Source: Thalia democratica (taxonomy: Eukaryota). From it: a stretch of 64,000 nucleotides of DNA. Positions 1 to 13,119 of this stretch are shown here, one piece after another. A model generated the notes under the pieces. That model worked only from the letters and a program-made list of their open reading frames with translations. It did not search any database and was not told the origin of the DNA. The position numbers were made by a program, and so were the translations under genes. Each line of letters begins with the position of its first letter. Positions within the stretch are counted from its first letter, which is position 1. The stretch lies in contig OZ241833.1 in assembly GCA_965202585.1 (NCBI GenBank), forward strand, positions 23,808,001 to 23,872,000. The letters are read 5' to 3'.

Positions 1-843
1 CCTTTGTGGTAATGTATTGCATAACAAAATAAATGAGTACAAATATTAGTTTTATGTGTAATTTTTGTTTCTATTTCAAGTTTAGTAGCTTTATGTGTTT
101 ATTTTTTAATATGATTATAAGTTGCTTTTGTTTATGAAGCATTTTTGTATGTAAGAAATTCTTTACTACAATTAAAGGTTTATTGATAGTAAAAATCTAA
201 ACTGTTTAAAAATTACTTTTTACTAAAATGTAAAAAAATGGTTTAGCTGCTTTAAAGTATTTTTATAACTTTAAAAAAAATTCAAACATAAGTTATAAAC
301 ATTATATTAAAACAAAAAAATTAAACTTAAAAATCTATTATCTAATAAAAGATACAAATACACAATTAAATGTATTTTAAAAGCTTGTTAAGTTTAATAT
401 AGGCAAACAAAACAGAAGTTTTGTAGCATAAGCGTTTTTAGTTTACTTAAATAGGTAAGTATTTTAATATGGCAACTTTGCTTTTGATATGTATTTATAT
501 GCATTAAACAAGTTGATATACATTTTTATGCAAAAATTTTCCTGTTAATAAGTGAATAAGAAACGTTTTATTTACAAAAAGTAATTAATACTACAGCCAA
601 GCTAAATGCTAACAAAAAATTTTTTTTTATGGTTCTAGTTGAATTTTTTTAACAAAAACAAACCCTTAACTAATATAGCAACAATAATAATTTTTTTTAT
701 TGTGATAACATAGTTTTTTTTATCAGAACATATAAACTTTTATATCATCAGAGTGTATGAAACCCAGCGAAACGTGAAGTTGTCAAAAAATCAACGCTTA
801 CTGTTTAATAATCAATTTCAAAATACTGCTACTGTTGCACAAC

Positions 844-3800
844 CTGCATGCTGTGATCATGGCCGCTCATGTAAGCCGAAACCCGATATCTTTCTAGTAA
901 GGGTTGCAACCGTTCCTGCAAGCACTTTGTACTTCCGTGCATGCCGCCAGAGTAGACTGGGTAGTGACCGGCTACTATCAGATAATCTGAACTGTTTGCC
1001 AAAAGTTAAAAAAAGTTGTTTATTTTTTAAAATAATACCACAAATTAAGTGAGTAAAAGTTATGAGAAGCATTGTTGTTATTGTTTATTGAACGAAAAAA
1101 AGCGCTCAAAAAGTTTGGTCTAAGGACCTAATGTACGAAAAAGTCTTTCGGTTATCGAGTCATACATCAGGATGCAGTTTAACGTTATTATTAAAGCTTA
1201 ATAGTTGTTATCTTGCATACAATTAACAATTTTTAGAAATATTTTTAGTTAATTTTTATAAAAAACATAAACAAATGGTATATTAACTTTTAGTTTGCTT
1301 ATTATATTATGAGTCTTATAACGGACCTAAAATAAAAATAATGTAATCATTTTCGCTGTATAGCTTTTAAAGTTAGCCATTGTAATTGATTTTAAAAGCA
1401 TACGCTTATTTTAGAAATAATTTTAATATTTATAATTTAAACAATTTCTTACTATAAACTAAGCGATTATATGCAAAATAGATAATTTATACAAACAAGG
1501 TTTCTTACAGTTAACTACAAAAGTTTTAAATTTACTATTTAAGAGCAAAGTTTAATATTAAAAAGTTTGTTGTACAATAATTTTTAGTTTAAATACCAGT
1601 TGGAAATTTTAAATAAAAATAATTTTGAAAAAGTTCTGAACAGTGTAAAAGTTTCATGTAAACAAATCGTTAACATGTGCGTGTTTTCTATTTTTAAATT
1701 ACTTTTTAATTTTATTTCAACACATGTTGTTGTTTAAGTATTGCTGACTTTATTTTAAAATAACAAGTGAAAACCTTCAACATAACATTAAGCTTTTGGC
1801 TTTGAATAAAACAACTGTAGTTTTAAATTTAAATAAAATTTAAAGAGATAAACTTTTAATCGAAGATACTAGGCGAAATAAAATATAACATTATCGCATA
1901 AGTGTGTGTGTGTACAAAAACAAACATCTTGTTTTCATCTTAATTTCACGGAAAGCGAAATGTCACATGAGCAGGCGCGCGCTTGAATGAAAACAGCGTT
2001 TCGTGTGTAAAAAAATCAAAATAAAAACACTTGGAGCAGGTACGAGATTGATATCACGTGCAGCAGTGCAACCCGCACGTCATTAAGAAAGTCCAAGTGG
2101 AAGAAAGTTCTTCAAAGTTGGACTTTGGATCAGAAAAGGAATTTGTTTTTGTCTGCCGCGCTCGCAAACATGAGTTCTAGCGGTTTTGCAGCGACATGTT
2201 TTTCCTAAGGAAATTCACTTTTTTGCACGCCCGAATGACTTTGTGATTTATGTCTGCAAACGAGGAGATCGAAGTCCAACAAACAAGCTGCTAAAAAATC
2301 AACGCAGCGAAATCATTTGAACTCAATACACACTTTTTTATTGGCCAATAATCATTCAAAGCAAAGTTTGAGGTTATCCAATAGAATCACTTGTTTGTTA
2401 CACAGCTTCAGCTTAATAATATTATGCAAACATATGTCAAATACGTTTTTTTTATCAGATAGTAAAAAAATCATACGGAAGTTTCATAGAATGTGTTTTT
2501 ATTTCTGTTCGAATATGTTGTAAAATAGTTTTTACGTATGCTAAAATAAAAAACAGATGACTTAATTAAATTTCATGCAAAAACAAAGCCATAGAAGAAA
2601 AGTAAATTTCGTAATTTTTATTCATGAATGTACTTTGTAAGCAATTATTATAAAACATGTAGATTTTTGATTAAACCTCGTTAAAACTCATAAAATTTCG
2701 GACTAACTTAGTTTATGACTAGCTGCTTAATTTTTACTTTTTAGAAAATTTGTTTAAATTTTATTCGCTGAAATGATTTTAACAGTATTTATTACAATAA
2801 ATTTTCTTTAGAACTTCAGTTTTAACGTTTATGATAGTTTTATTAAAACGTTGGCAAAAAAGTTGCTCAATACTTTATCTTATAACACTTTAAAGCTTCA
2901 ATTTTTCTAGCTATGTTCAAAGTAATATTTTATTATTAGAACTGCTCAGTTTTTTTTTAATCATTTTTATACAAAATATCCAAGAAAACAATTAAAACAA
3001 AATTTGATTTCTTGGAATTGTATCATTAAAAAACGTTAGTAATTATGAAAATAAAAAAGCTTAAATTTTAAAGAACGGTAAAAGCTAAGCAACTTTTACA
3101 GGTATTTTTAACATTAATAACATATCGCAGTAAACAGTAGTTTATCATCAAAAATAAAAATATTTTATTTTATTGTTTAACATTGCCTTTGAACTTATTG
3201 TCAAACGAAAACACTACTAAGAATAAATAGTTAAAATATAAGTACGCGTTTAAACTCTAGCAACAAACCAACTCGCTTGTACTTAGTTTTTTTTCAATCC
3301 ATTTCCAAATTTCTTCGGCTTCTGTAATATTTTCTGGACCTTGTGGTTTTAACCTGCCATCTAGTGACAATTTCCCACACAATTGAACTGTGTCTATCAT
3401 GACAATTTCTATTGTCAAGCCGTTATTACCGGGTAACTGTCCAGATAAGACATAGTTGGTTTTCGGAAAGTTCCACCGTCTAAAAATCGTATTACGCATT
3501 TGTTTTAAATTAAATTTATTTAATTTTTTAAAAAGAGATACATAATATTTTTTTATATGTCTAAAAATTAAAATAATAAATTCGTTTGTTTAATTTTATA
3601 GAAATTTAAGTTTTTATAGAAGTTAATTTATACAACGTTGATTATATACTTGTTTTGGATAAAACAGCTAGTTGCTTATTCAATACGTAATACAAAGTTA
3701 AATACCAAAAACCTCTTAAAACTTTGTTTTATAAACTAAATGCATGATTTTGAATTGTTGAAAGTTAAGTTGCACTTTAATTCTGTTGAATTTAATTTGA

Positions 3801-6800
3801 TATTTAAATGTTATACACACGTTAAAATTTTACGTTTAAAAACAAAATTTTGCTTTTAATTTAAATACTATGGTTAAGCAGTGATTTTCAAGTCCTTTTA
3901 CTGAAGTTAGATGTAACAAATTTACAAAGCTAAATTTAGCCGAAAGTATCATTTTTTAATTTAAATCTTGACGAATTACTTATTGAGTTTGTCAATTAAG
4001 CTTTTTTAATTTAATTAATTATGTGCATACATTTAGTAAAACAAAACTATACTTTACAAACACTTACTGTGAAACTTGGCTGTACTGCATTTCAGCCGAA
4101 ATGTTTCCTCTGTAGTCGTCATTGCCCGCCACAATGTACCATGGTACTTGCAACCCGGGCAACCCGAACGGGTCTTCAAATGTGTCCTTACAATACAAAA
4201 AAAAATACTAGTTGAGTAAATTTAAAAAAATTTTTACTTGAATACTTAGTATTAACAAAGCATAGGGTAGACCAGTGGCAAATCCTTAGTACAGCTTGAA
4301 TAGAAGTATTAATTGTGTAGAAATTACAAAAGAAAACTTAATATTAGAACATGGACTGACGATAGCTTGAAAAAACTTATATAACTATTATAAGTGTTAA
4401 ATATAATAATAAATAGTGATAATTTTTAACAAAAAACAAGTTCGTTGAACTGTTATACCAACAATTTTACAGTTACTTTTTTATAACAACTAAAAACGTT
4501 TATCTATGTTAATTAAACAAAACTATTCGAAGGGGTTCTAAAAGAGTAGATATTTATAAAGAAGTTATGTACAAATGTTTCTATAAGAATTATGAATAAA
4601 AAGATATAAGAGTTTAAAATACACAATATGAATAAGTAATTATAACCATACACTTTATGTAAAATGTTAAGGTAAAAAAAAATAAAAGTTCCGGGATCAA
4701 AACTGTTAAATATATTAATTTTTTTTTTGTGCATGATTAATCAATATAAATACAACAGAAATACAGCGCAATAAAAAATATTCAAACATCGCAGTAAATT
4801 AAAGTTTATTTTGACTATCAATATACTCTAGTATTAAAGTAAATTAAAAAATTTCAATTACTTTTTTTAATCCGTAAGTTTGTCATCTCACAAGTTTTTT
4901 TTAGTCAATCATTTATTTTTAAAGTAACCTATTTAATTTCTAGACGACAAAAACAATATTTATTTCAAAGTACAAAAGTATTTGATTAGTAAAACAAACA
5001 TTTAAGCTTTAAAACAACTTCTTCATTGTGCACAAGGTTCATTAGATTTAAATTTATTTTAAAAAGCTTGCAACCTTTTCTATATTCAAACTACATTCAA
5101 ATGTGTTATTTATTATGTTTGCTTCGTTGTTGTAAAATCGATAATCTACTTCTTATTTGGTTAAAAAAATGTTTTGTGAGACTAATGAATTATTAGTTAT
5201 ATTTAAGAGAAGAAAATATAAATGAATAACGGAAATTCAAATACTATTAAACACAAGTAATGCAATGTATTTATACAAAGTTTTTATTGTGTTCGCGTTG
5301 TCAATATTAGTAAGCTTAGCTTAATTTTTTTCGATTTTGATAAAAACATGACTTTGCTATTTAAGTATAATTATAATGAAAAATTTATTCTAAACACTGA
5401 CTATTCAAATTTGCTTTAATATGTTTCAAAAACTGGTAAAAAAGCTGAATAGTTGTTCTGTGAGACTTAAAGAATGTTTACAACAGTATAGGCACAATTT
5501 GAACATTTCTCATTGGTTTGCACAGAGGCAGTGAAGTTTGGTCAAAACCTGAGCATGTGATTTTGTTACTACATAAAATTAAATTGTATTTTACAAAAAC
5601 AGTTTTAATAAACCTCGAGCGATATTACGATTAAAACATTTTACTAAAGTGGTGCAGCTGCTAAAAAGTCATCATTTCTTCAAAGTTTTAATTAAAAGAT
5701 TTCTTAAAACCGAAGTTCATTTTGTAAACAGTATTGTTGAAATATTCTACTTTTTTATTATAGCATTGTGTTATTTGTTGTTGTACTCAAACATCTTGTT
5801 TTGACAATCGTTTATAAATTTGTTACTAATAACTTTAAAAAAAACTATCAAATTTGTTCTAGAGTAGTATTTTTAACAATAATGGCTATTAATCGTGCTT
5901 TAAAACCATGTTTATGTACGTTTTATGAAAACTTAGCAACTGTTTAATACTATTATTTCTTCAAAATGCAAAAATTTTGTTGAACTACGAAAAGTTATAA
6001 CTAAAATTCAAAAAGAAACAACGCATTAATTAATGTGGCTTTGTAGTAAGTTTAGGTAATGATAAACTTTTAATTTTTTTTATGTTTGGTATACATTTTA
6101 GAGGCTAAAACAAATACTTTTGCTTTTAAACTATTTTCATATTTATTAACGTCTTTTCTTTTAAAGCTCTCTAAACTACATGTTATAAAACATATAATAA
6201 ATTAGAACACCATATAATATATCGCTTTTAAAATGTTTTAAACTTAGTGTAGAAATTTGGATTCGTTTTTCATTTTTAATCTTAGAAAACAACTAATTAA
6301 GTTTTATTTTTAATATAATTGAAAGTTCTAGAGTTTTAAAACTTAAAGAAACATTTTAAAATATAAAATTTGATTTGTTTTAGTTTGTGAACATAAACGC
6401 TTCCTTATTAAAACGACTAAAGATTTTACTTAATGACTGTTTCAATATAAACTTTACTTTTTTTTGTATTCATTGGATAATTTAAAGGTTATTGAGCTAA
6501 TTTTTTCAAAACTTTTGAGACTTCTAATAGCCTTTGATAAAATAAAATAACTAACTACTAACGGATAGAATAAAGTAAATTTAACATATCATTCATTTTC
6601 AGTATATTTAACTTATCAAGTTTTTTCTTTTTTTTTAACTCTACTTTTTCTGTATTCTGGTTATTCTAAAAACTAGTTTAACTACTCCTTGAAAAAAAAT
6701 TATCGTCAAAACCACATAGTTTACAGCTAAAATAATACTAAAATTAATAACAAGATGTTTTACTTGTTTTCCAACATAAAAGCTTTAAGATTTAAGTGTA

Positions 6801-7772
6801 CAAGTTTATGTTTAAGCAGCTAAAATTTTAAAGAAGTGTCAAAAACAACTTACAACGAATCTCCTGTCGTTCAAGTCCGTAACTCCTGCCGGTGAGAAAT
6901 TGTCACCGAGGGAGAGAATGAAGCTGGAACCGGCTCGTTGCGAGTAGGCGTCCATTGCGCGTGCCAGCTTCATCTGAGCTTCCGTGTAGAACGGAGGAGT
7001 CGCAACTCCTCCGCAATCCGCGATCACCAAGAACCTCACTCCGTGCCCACCTTTGAACAAATTGTTTTGTTTTCGCAGTGTTTGAAGTTAATAGATTTGC
7101 ACACTTTAAATTTTTTTTATGTTCTTTAAAAACTGAATTTGAATAGTTATTTTTTTAAGTTGATACGTTTTGGTTTAAATACAAAAGTATAATTCAAAAG
7201 TGTATATGTATACATACTTAAAAGTTATTGCGGTTTTTTCTTTGAGTTTTTTTGATATTTAGTTGTTTTGCAATGAAATAAGTCTTAATCTAATGAATCT
7301 GTATAGGAATAAGGCTTCTTAAGTAAACTAGTTGAGCATAATAAATTAAAAAAAACAAAAACTACATTTTTCTTTTTATTTTAAGTATTGATCTTTAATT
7401 GCTGTACTATTAAGAAAAACTAAAGATTCATAAGTAAAACAAAAAAGGACAAACTTTACTATTTCCATTCAAATTATAACATATTTTTCAGTAAAAACTA
7501 CCTTTGTCGGAGATCTTTAACAAAATCTTGTCACCTGTGAGTTTGCCAGTGGAATCTTTTACATTCCCCACTTCTCCTATTTTCAAATCGTCAAACAAAC
7601 CAGGTTTATTTTCAACCTCGGGTATTTTACTAGTGCTTGCATCAGCCTCACTCTTTTTACTGAGACTGATAATCACAATTAACAAAACAAAAACGATTAA
7701 AACTATCAAAGCTTTTTTGTAAATACCTTTTCTATGTGGGTAACTTTTTTCGTAAGGAATCAAAAATTCCAT
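844..7772 (-). CDS. ACP5: ACP5/TRAP-like calcineurin-fold metallophosphoesterase (purple acid phosphatase family) with type II membrane anchor; 3' end incomplete
   Basis: Phase-consistent exons: 7772-7502, 7050-6854, 4186-4068, 3479-3273, 991-844 (314 codons). Translation contains [116 protein letters not shown], collinear with mammalian ACP5. Exon 1 carries the hydrophobic segment [18 protein letters not shown]. The symbol is a family-level match, not proven orthology. Confidence 0.92.
1075..1190 (-). repeat. Copy of the ~120-150 bp hairpin-forming interspersed repeat (SINE-like)
   Basis: Reverse complement reads ctgatgtatgactcgataaccgaaagactttttcgtacattaggtccttagaccaaactttttgagcgctttttttcgttcaataaacaataa, alignable to the copies at 11415, 22983, 23160, 42470 and 43612. 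Confidence 0.8.
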
Positions 7773-8891
7773 TTAGAATATACTGCTAAAATTGTTTAAA
7801 GTTATTGCTACGTTTGGATAAAATTTATCGCTATAATGTAAAAGTTGTTTGCTTTCAAGTGCTTTGAGGACGTTTCATGAGTAATGACGCTGTTTGTAAA
7901 TTCGAATATTTATTGATTTATAATTTTCGATTTTCTAATGCGCATGTTTTAATTGGTGAACAATATTTTAAAATAAAACTTAATTTTTACTATTTTCAAA
8001 TGTATAGAGTTTTTTATATAAGTTTTTTTTTTGATAATTCTCTTTAACTGGTTTAATACTATACTAAAATGCAAATTCTAAACGAATAGATTTATTAACT
8101 TTATTTTGAAATTAAAAACTAATGACTACAATTTGTTGCTCAATTTACTAGCTGTAAAGAACTGATTAGAAAACGAAAAAGATGCAAACTTGATACTGCT
8201 TAATTTTATTACTTAGTTTTAGTGGTGGGTTGAACCGACGTTTTTAAACAACAACAAGCAGTACAAGTAAAGTATCAAAACAATGAAACACTTTTATACT
8301 TATGACTAATTGGTTTTTTTTTTAAGTATTTTTACAAACCTTAAATGTTAAATGAATTTAACCAACAAGCTTTTGAGAAACCGAAGTATAAAATAATGTC
8401 TAAATTACATTTGAATACAAATAATTAATTGAAAATAAAAACTCTTACTTTTTTACTTGAAGCCTTTTGTTAACTTATTAATTAATAAAATGACATTGTG
8501 AAATATGCGAGTTTACATATAGTCAATAGCAGCATCATCATTACCTCACTTGAATTTATTCAACTTTCCTTATATCTTTTGTGATGAGTAGAGTAGTTTT
8601 ACGCTTTGTGCCTTATTGGTATTAGAATTTAAGGGTTTCGCTTGTACGCTGGTTGTTTCTGAGGATATAAACAAGCTTGATGTTTGTTGATCTGGTTTTT
8701 TTTTTTCTACAAAAATGTTGGAGTTGTAAAGCCATCACTTATAATTTAGAAACTATAATAAGACTAATTTCTTATAAATGATTTAGCAAGTTGTAATAAA
8801 AGATTTTTGTAAGCATAACACATAATTTATGACGATATTGTGAAGAGCATTTGCTAACAGAATAATCTTTTAGTATACTTTGCATAAAGAG

Positions 8892-9259
8892 CAGAGTTTT
8901 ACCAAGATTGCAATATCGCCTAGTTTTTGGCAATTTTATTAAACCAGAAGCAGTAGCTAATAAAGGGGGTGGAGCAATTTTGAAATTTTAGGCAGTCGTA
9001 TAACTTTTAGTTTCTTGCCTGTTATTTTACTAATTTTAGCTGGCTTTTCAATACTTTGTCCTTCGGTAAAATTTAAGCTAAAATTTTCTTAAAGTGGACG
9101 ATATCAAGGAGCAATAAGCAGTTAAGAAACAAAAAATAAACGGGTAACAAAGTAATAATGGGTAAATAAGTAATAATTGGGCGATTTCTAATAAACGGGA
9201 GCAATTAAATTAAATTTCTACCAAAAGGTTGTTTATGGAGATGAGTTTGGAAAACCCTG
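8892..9259. mobile_element. Possible degenerate hAT-type MITE remnant
   Basis: The right end agtttggaaaaccctg (reverse complement cagggttttccaaact) resembles hAT termini; the possible left end cagagttttaccaag is weak. No 8-bp TSD found. Confidence 0.3.
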
Positions 9260-11039
9260 ATATTAGGGCTTTACTAAAATCAACAAAAAAATTAGTAAGT
9301 TTTTGCATTTTTTTTAACTTTTGTAAATTAAAACATACATATTATTAGCTTTTAAAGACTACTATATTTTAAGTTAATTGTCTTTTAACATTGTATTTAT
9401 TTTATTAGTTAAAAGGACTACTAAAGTTAGATTTAAAAACTGAATTTTAATATTTTTGTTAAGTTTTAGCTGTTTATTATTTTACTAAATAAGGCATAAT
9501 GACAAAATTTAGAGTAGTTTTGGACAACAGACTTAAAGGCTTCGAATATAAACAAGAGTCAACGCTAAAGTAAAATTAATAAAAACTTTAGTACTTAAGT
9601 TTTTGTTTCGTAGGGTATAAATTGGATTTCGTGATATTAATCTATACATGACCGGTTTTACATAAATTGAGAAAAATTCTTTTATAACAGCTTGAAGTAT
9701 ATACGGATCGCTCTAAAAGTAAAGTAGCGATGTAAATTAAAAAAGTATTGAGTTATCGATAAAATTTAAATCTTTCTACTTATATTAGTAGTTCCACAAA
9801 GAAGTTTGTAAACTTTTTGCTAACATTGTGATATTTTGCTAACTGAGAACACTAGCTATCTTGTTTAATATACTACCTTTGGAAGCATTCGGTTTAAAAG
9901 TAGTTTTAATAAGCTTTAAGCATATTGTAAATTAAAACAAATTACAATTCAGTGTTAATATAACTAGTTAATCTTACTATAACTTTTACTGAGCTTCAGA
10001 CCTTTAAAAACAAATTTTGTAATCAAATTTTTAGTTATTCTCTTAGTATTTAAATATGCAAATTAAACATTTTAAGTTGAGTTTTAAAAATACGATCATA
10101 ACTATTATATAGTTGAATTTTTAATAACTTTTGTATGATGTTCTATAACATTAATTAGCTTATTAGTTTTTGATCATTTACTTTTTTCTTAACAGACATT
10201 TAAAGACAACAAGGTAGTAATTTTTTTAAAAACAAGGTAGTAACAATAGTTTAAAAAATTAAAGATCTCAACTTGCTTCTTTTTGAATAAGATATTTATT
10301 ATAACTGAGGATCTCATTAAAGTTATTTTTAGTTTAGCGGTACATTGTTAAACAATTTAAACCATAATTTTAATTACTTTTTTAATTATCTATTTTTAAA
10401 TAAAAAAAGATGATATTTCATGATTTTATTGAAATGATAAGTTTAAAAATAAAGAAAACAAAATTTAATATTAGTTTTTTCAAAAATATGTAAAAAATTT
10501 TAAAATTATTATTAATAAAAGACTCATCAAAATAATATATTGGCTTCTTACCGTGTGAAGGCAGTGAACTCTTTCCAAACTAGTACTTTAAATTCAACTT
10601 ATACTCAGAATTTTTTGCTTCAATTCTACTTATTGTCACATATAAGTTCTAATGAACCTTGTTTAGGCAAAACAATATTAACTGTGTGACATACAGATTA
10701 ATAAAATTCTATTTATCTAGCTCTCCGATATTATAATGACAACTTTACTTCATATAGTTTTTTAGTTTTCATTTACGCAAAAAAATCAAAACTAACTGTT
10801 AAAGTTGTTTAAAAAAATTCAAGAAGCTTAAGTAAACAGTTCAATAAAGAAAAGTTTATAAAAAAATCTTAGTAGATACCTGGTAAATTTTAATTCAAAA
10901 TATTAGACATTTCAAATACAAAGTCTCTATTTTTGTACTTTTTATTCGATGCTTTTAGCTTTTTATATGATTTTGTTTATTAAACTTAAATTTTATTTAA
11001 GTAACTTAAGTTTTAATATAAAAAACAAATGAAATCGTT

Positions 11040-11170
11040 TTTACAAAAGTCTCGAACAATACAAAATAATATCCTTAGAATTAATAAACTGTAATTTAAT
11101 GAACTAAAACTAAAGAACTTTGTATTTAAAACAAAAATGTTTTACATAGTATATGATAGTTTAAACCTTA
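11040..11170 (+). repeat. Dispersed AT-rich repeat, second copy near 19010-19085
   Basis: aaaagtctcgaacaatacaaa..atatcc is shared with 19017-19045, followed by similar ttttac.(ca)tag..atgata..ttaaa.ctta text. Confidence 0.5.
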
Positions 11171-11414
11171 TTTATTTGAAAACATGAACTAAGAAAAGTA
11201 ATATCTTATTTTACTTTTACACTTAAAATTTTTTATATTTTAAGTATTTTTATATTAATATTTGTAGTAAATTATTTAAATATTGTTAAGTGTTTCACAA
11301 CTTGTTAGAAGTTTTATAAAGCAAAAAAGAATATTTTTTTAACTTCAACAAACTTAGACCGGCTGTTTAACAACTTTCTTGCTATTTTTGTTTGGTAAAC
11401 AAATGCTGACCTGT

Positions 11415-11535
11415 TGTCCTTATCCTGGACAAGACGTTAAAAGGCATCCGTGGTGTTCGACTCAATAATCGAAAGGTTCTTCGTGCACCAGGTTTTAGAA
11501 CCAAGTATTTTAAGCGTTTTTTCGTTCAATAAAAA
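11415..11535 (+). repeat. Copy of the hairpin-forming interspersed repeat
   Basis: cctggacaagacgttaaa..tggtgttcgactcaataatcgaaaggttcttcgtgcaccaggttttagaacc..aagcgttttttcgttcaataaa. Confidence 0.8.
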
Positions 11536-13119
11536 ATGTATTTGCCGTCGTAGGCACTGAAAGTTTTCTACAAAAAACTACTACTGGTGTACCTAAATTG
11601 CAACTAAATCAGTTTTTTAACGTACTTTGCTACAGTAACAAGTATTAATTGTTAAAAGAATGATTTTTTGTTTGTGTAGTACTAAAATTACTTTTAACTA
11701 AAGTAACCATTTTGGTAACATTTATCAAAAACATATTTTTTAATGTTTTATTAATAACTTTGCTTTTTTTATTTATTTATTCTGTTATTAATTAAAAAAA
11801 CATCTTATGAAATCTTTTTTTTTTCAACTTAAAAATTTATTTTATTATATTTTACAATTTCAAAACTTTAATTTATAATTTTTCAATTATTTACGGGTAG
11901 ACTGTTTTCTTTTCTTCTATATAATTAGCTAAAAATTTAAAGTTTCAAAGCAACTTTTAAACTAAAAAAATATCAGTTTTAATACTTAAGACTAAAGAAT
12001 AATAAGTATAAATAAAAAAATATTTATAGTTGTAGTTTAAAAAACTCAACACCACATTTTAAATTTTATTTTTTAATGAAGAATGAAAATAATAACTCAA
12101 ACAATAAATTTTAGTTAAATTTTTTTCATGTTGTGGTATGTAGTATTTAATTTTGTTTTGCATTGAACTATGGCTATACTATTTAACTTAAAAAACAAGT
12201 AACTAAACAACTTTATTACATTTAATCTAACTGCATAAAAATATTCATATTACCATAATACTTTAACTGCTTAAAAAAAACCTATTAAAACAGTACACAA
12301 ACAGATATCATTAATAGTTTATTGAAAACAAATAAGTACACAGAAGTACAGCTCGTCCACTCAACTTTTGGTTAAAAATTGCTGTAATAAAATTAACTAG
12401 TGATTACTAAGAAATTTGAATCCTTCAAACAATAATAAATTGTTACGCAACTATAATGATAAACTGAATTGTAAAAACATTAAATTAGTGAAATAAAATG
12501 TAAAATAGCTATAATAATTAACTGTTCAAAATGTAGTTTTAATCGTTTGTTAACAAAAGATCCTAGTGTTATCTTTCCCATTTACAACCCAGTTGAAGTG
12601 TGTTGATTCGTTGACACACAGAAACATATGTTGGTAGAATAAAGGAAGATTACTGTATAATTTGTTTTTATAATAATTAACTAAATAGAGCACACAATTG
12701 GTTTATGTAAAATTGAAGAAATAAACAATACAGTCGAACAGAAAAATTTTATTTGGTTGCAGAGCAAAATAATTTCTCTGTTCAACCGTAATGCTTACTT
12801 CGTTAAATTTACACTGGCTAACTGTGTGCTTTTTAAAGGTTTTTTTTTACATTTGTGTTACATTTTCATTTCACTGATAAGGCGTTTGCTTTTTTAGTTA
12901 TATGTTGTAGTTGTGATATGTTTTGTTAAATCTAAAAGATTTAAATTCCTTAGTAATTACCACTTAATGTAATTATAGTTATTTTTAACGACGAGTTAAA
13001 TACTGATGGTTGTTGACTAAATGTTCATCTGTTTATCTGTTTATTTAACAAACCTTTAACTATCTGTATACCATTTGCAACTAAGTATGTAGAAGTTACT
13101 CATTTTGTTTTACTTCACA

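Noticed and set aside
753-1052. 99-aa plus-strand ORF and the 71-aa minus ORF 857-1072
   Set aside because: The first is the antisense shadow of ACP5-like exon 5 and the second is a different frame of that exon. The family motifs lie in a third frame.
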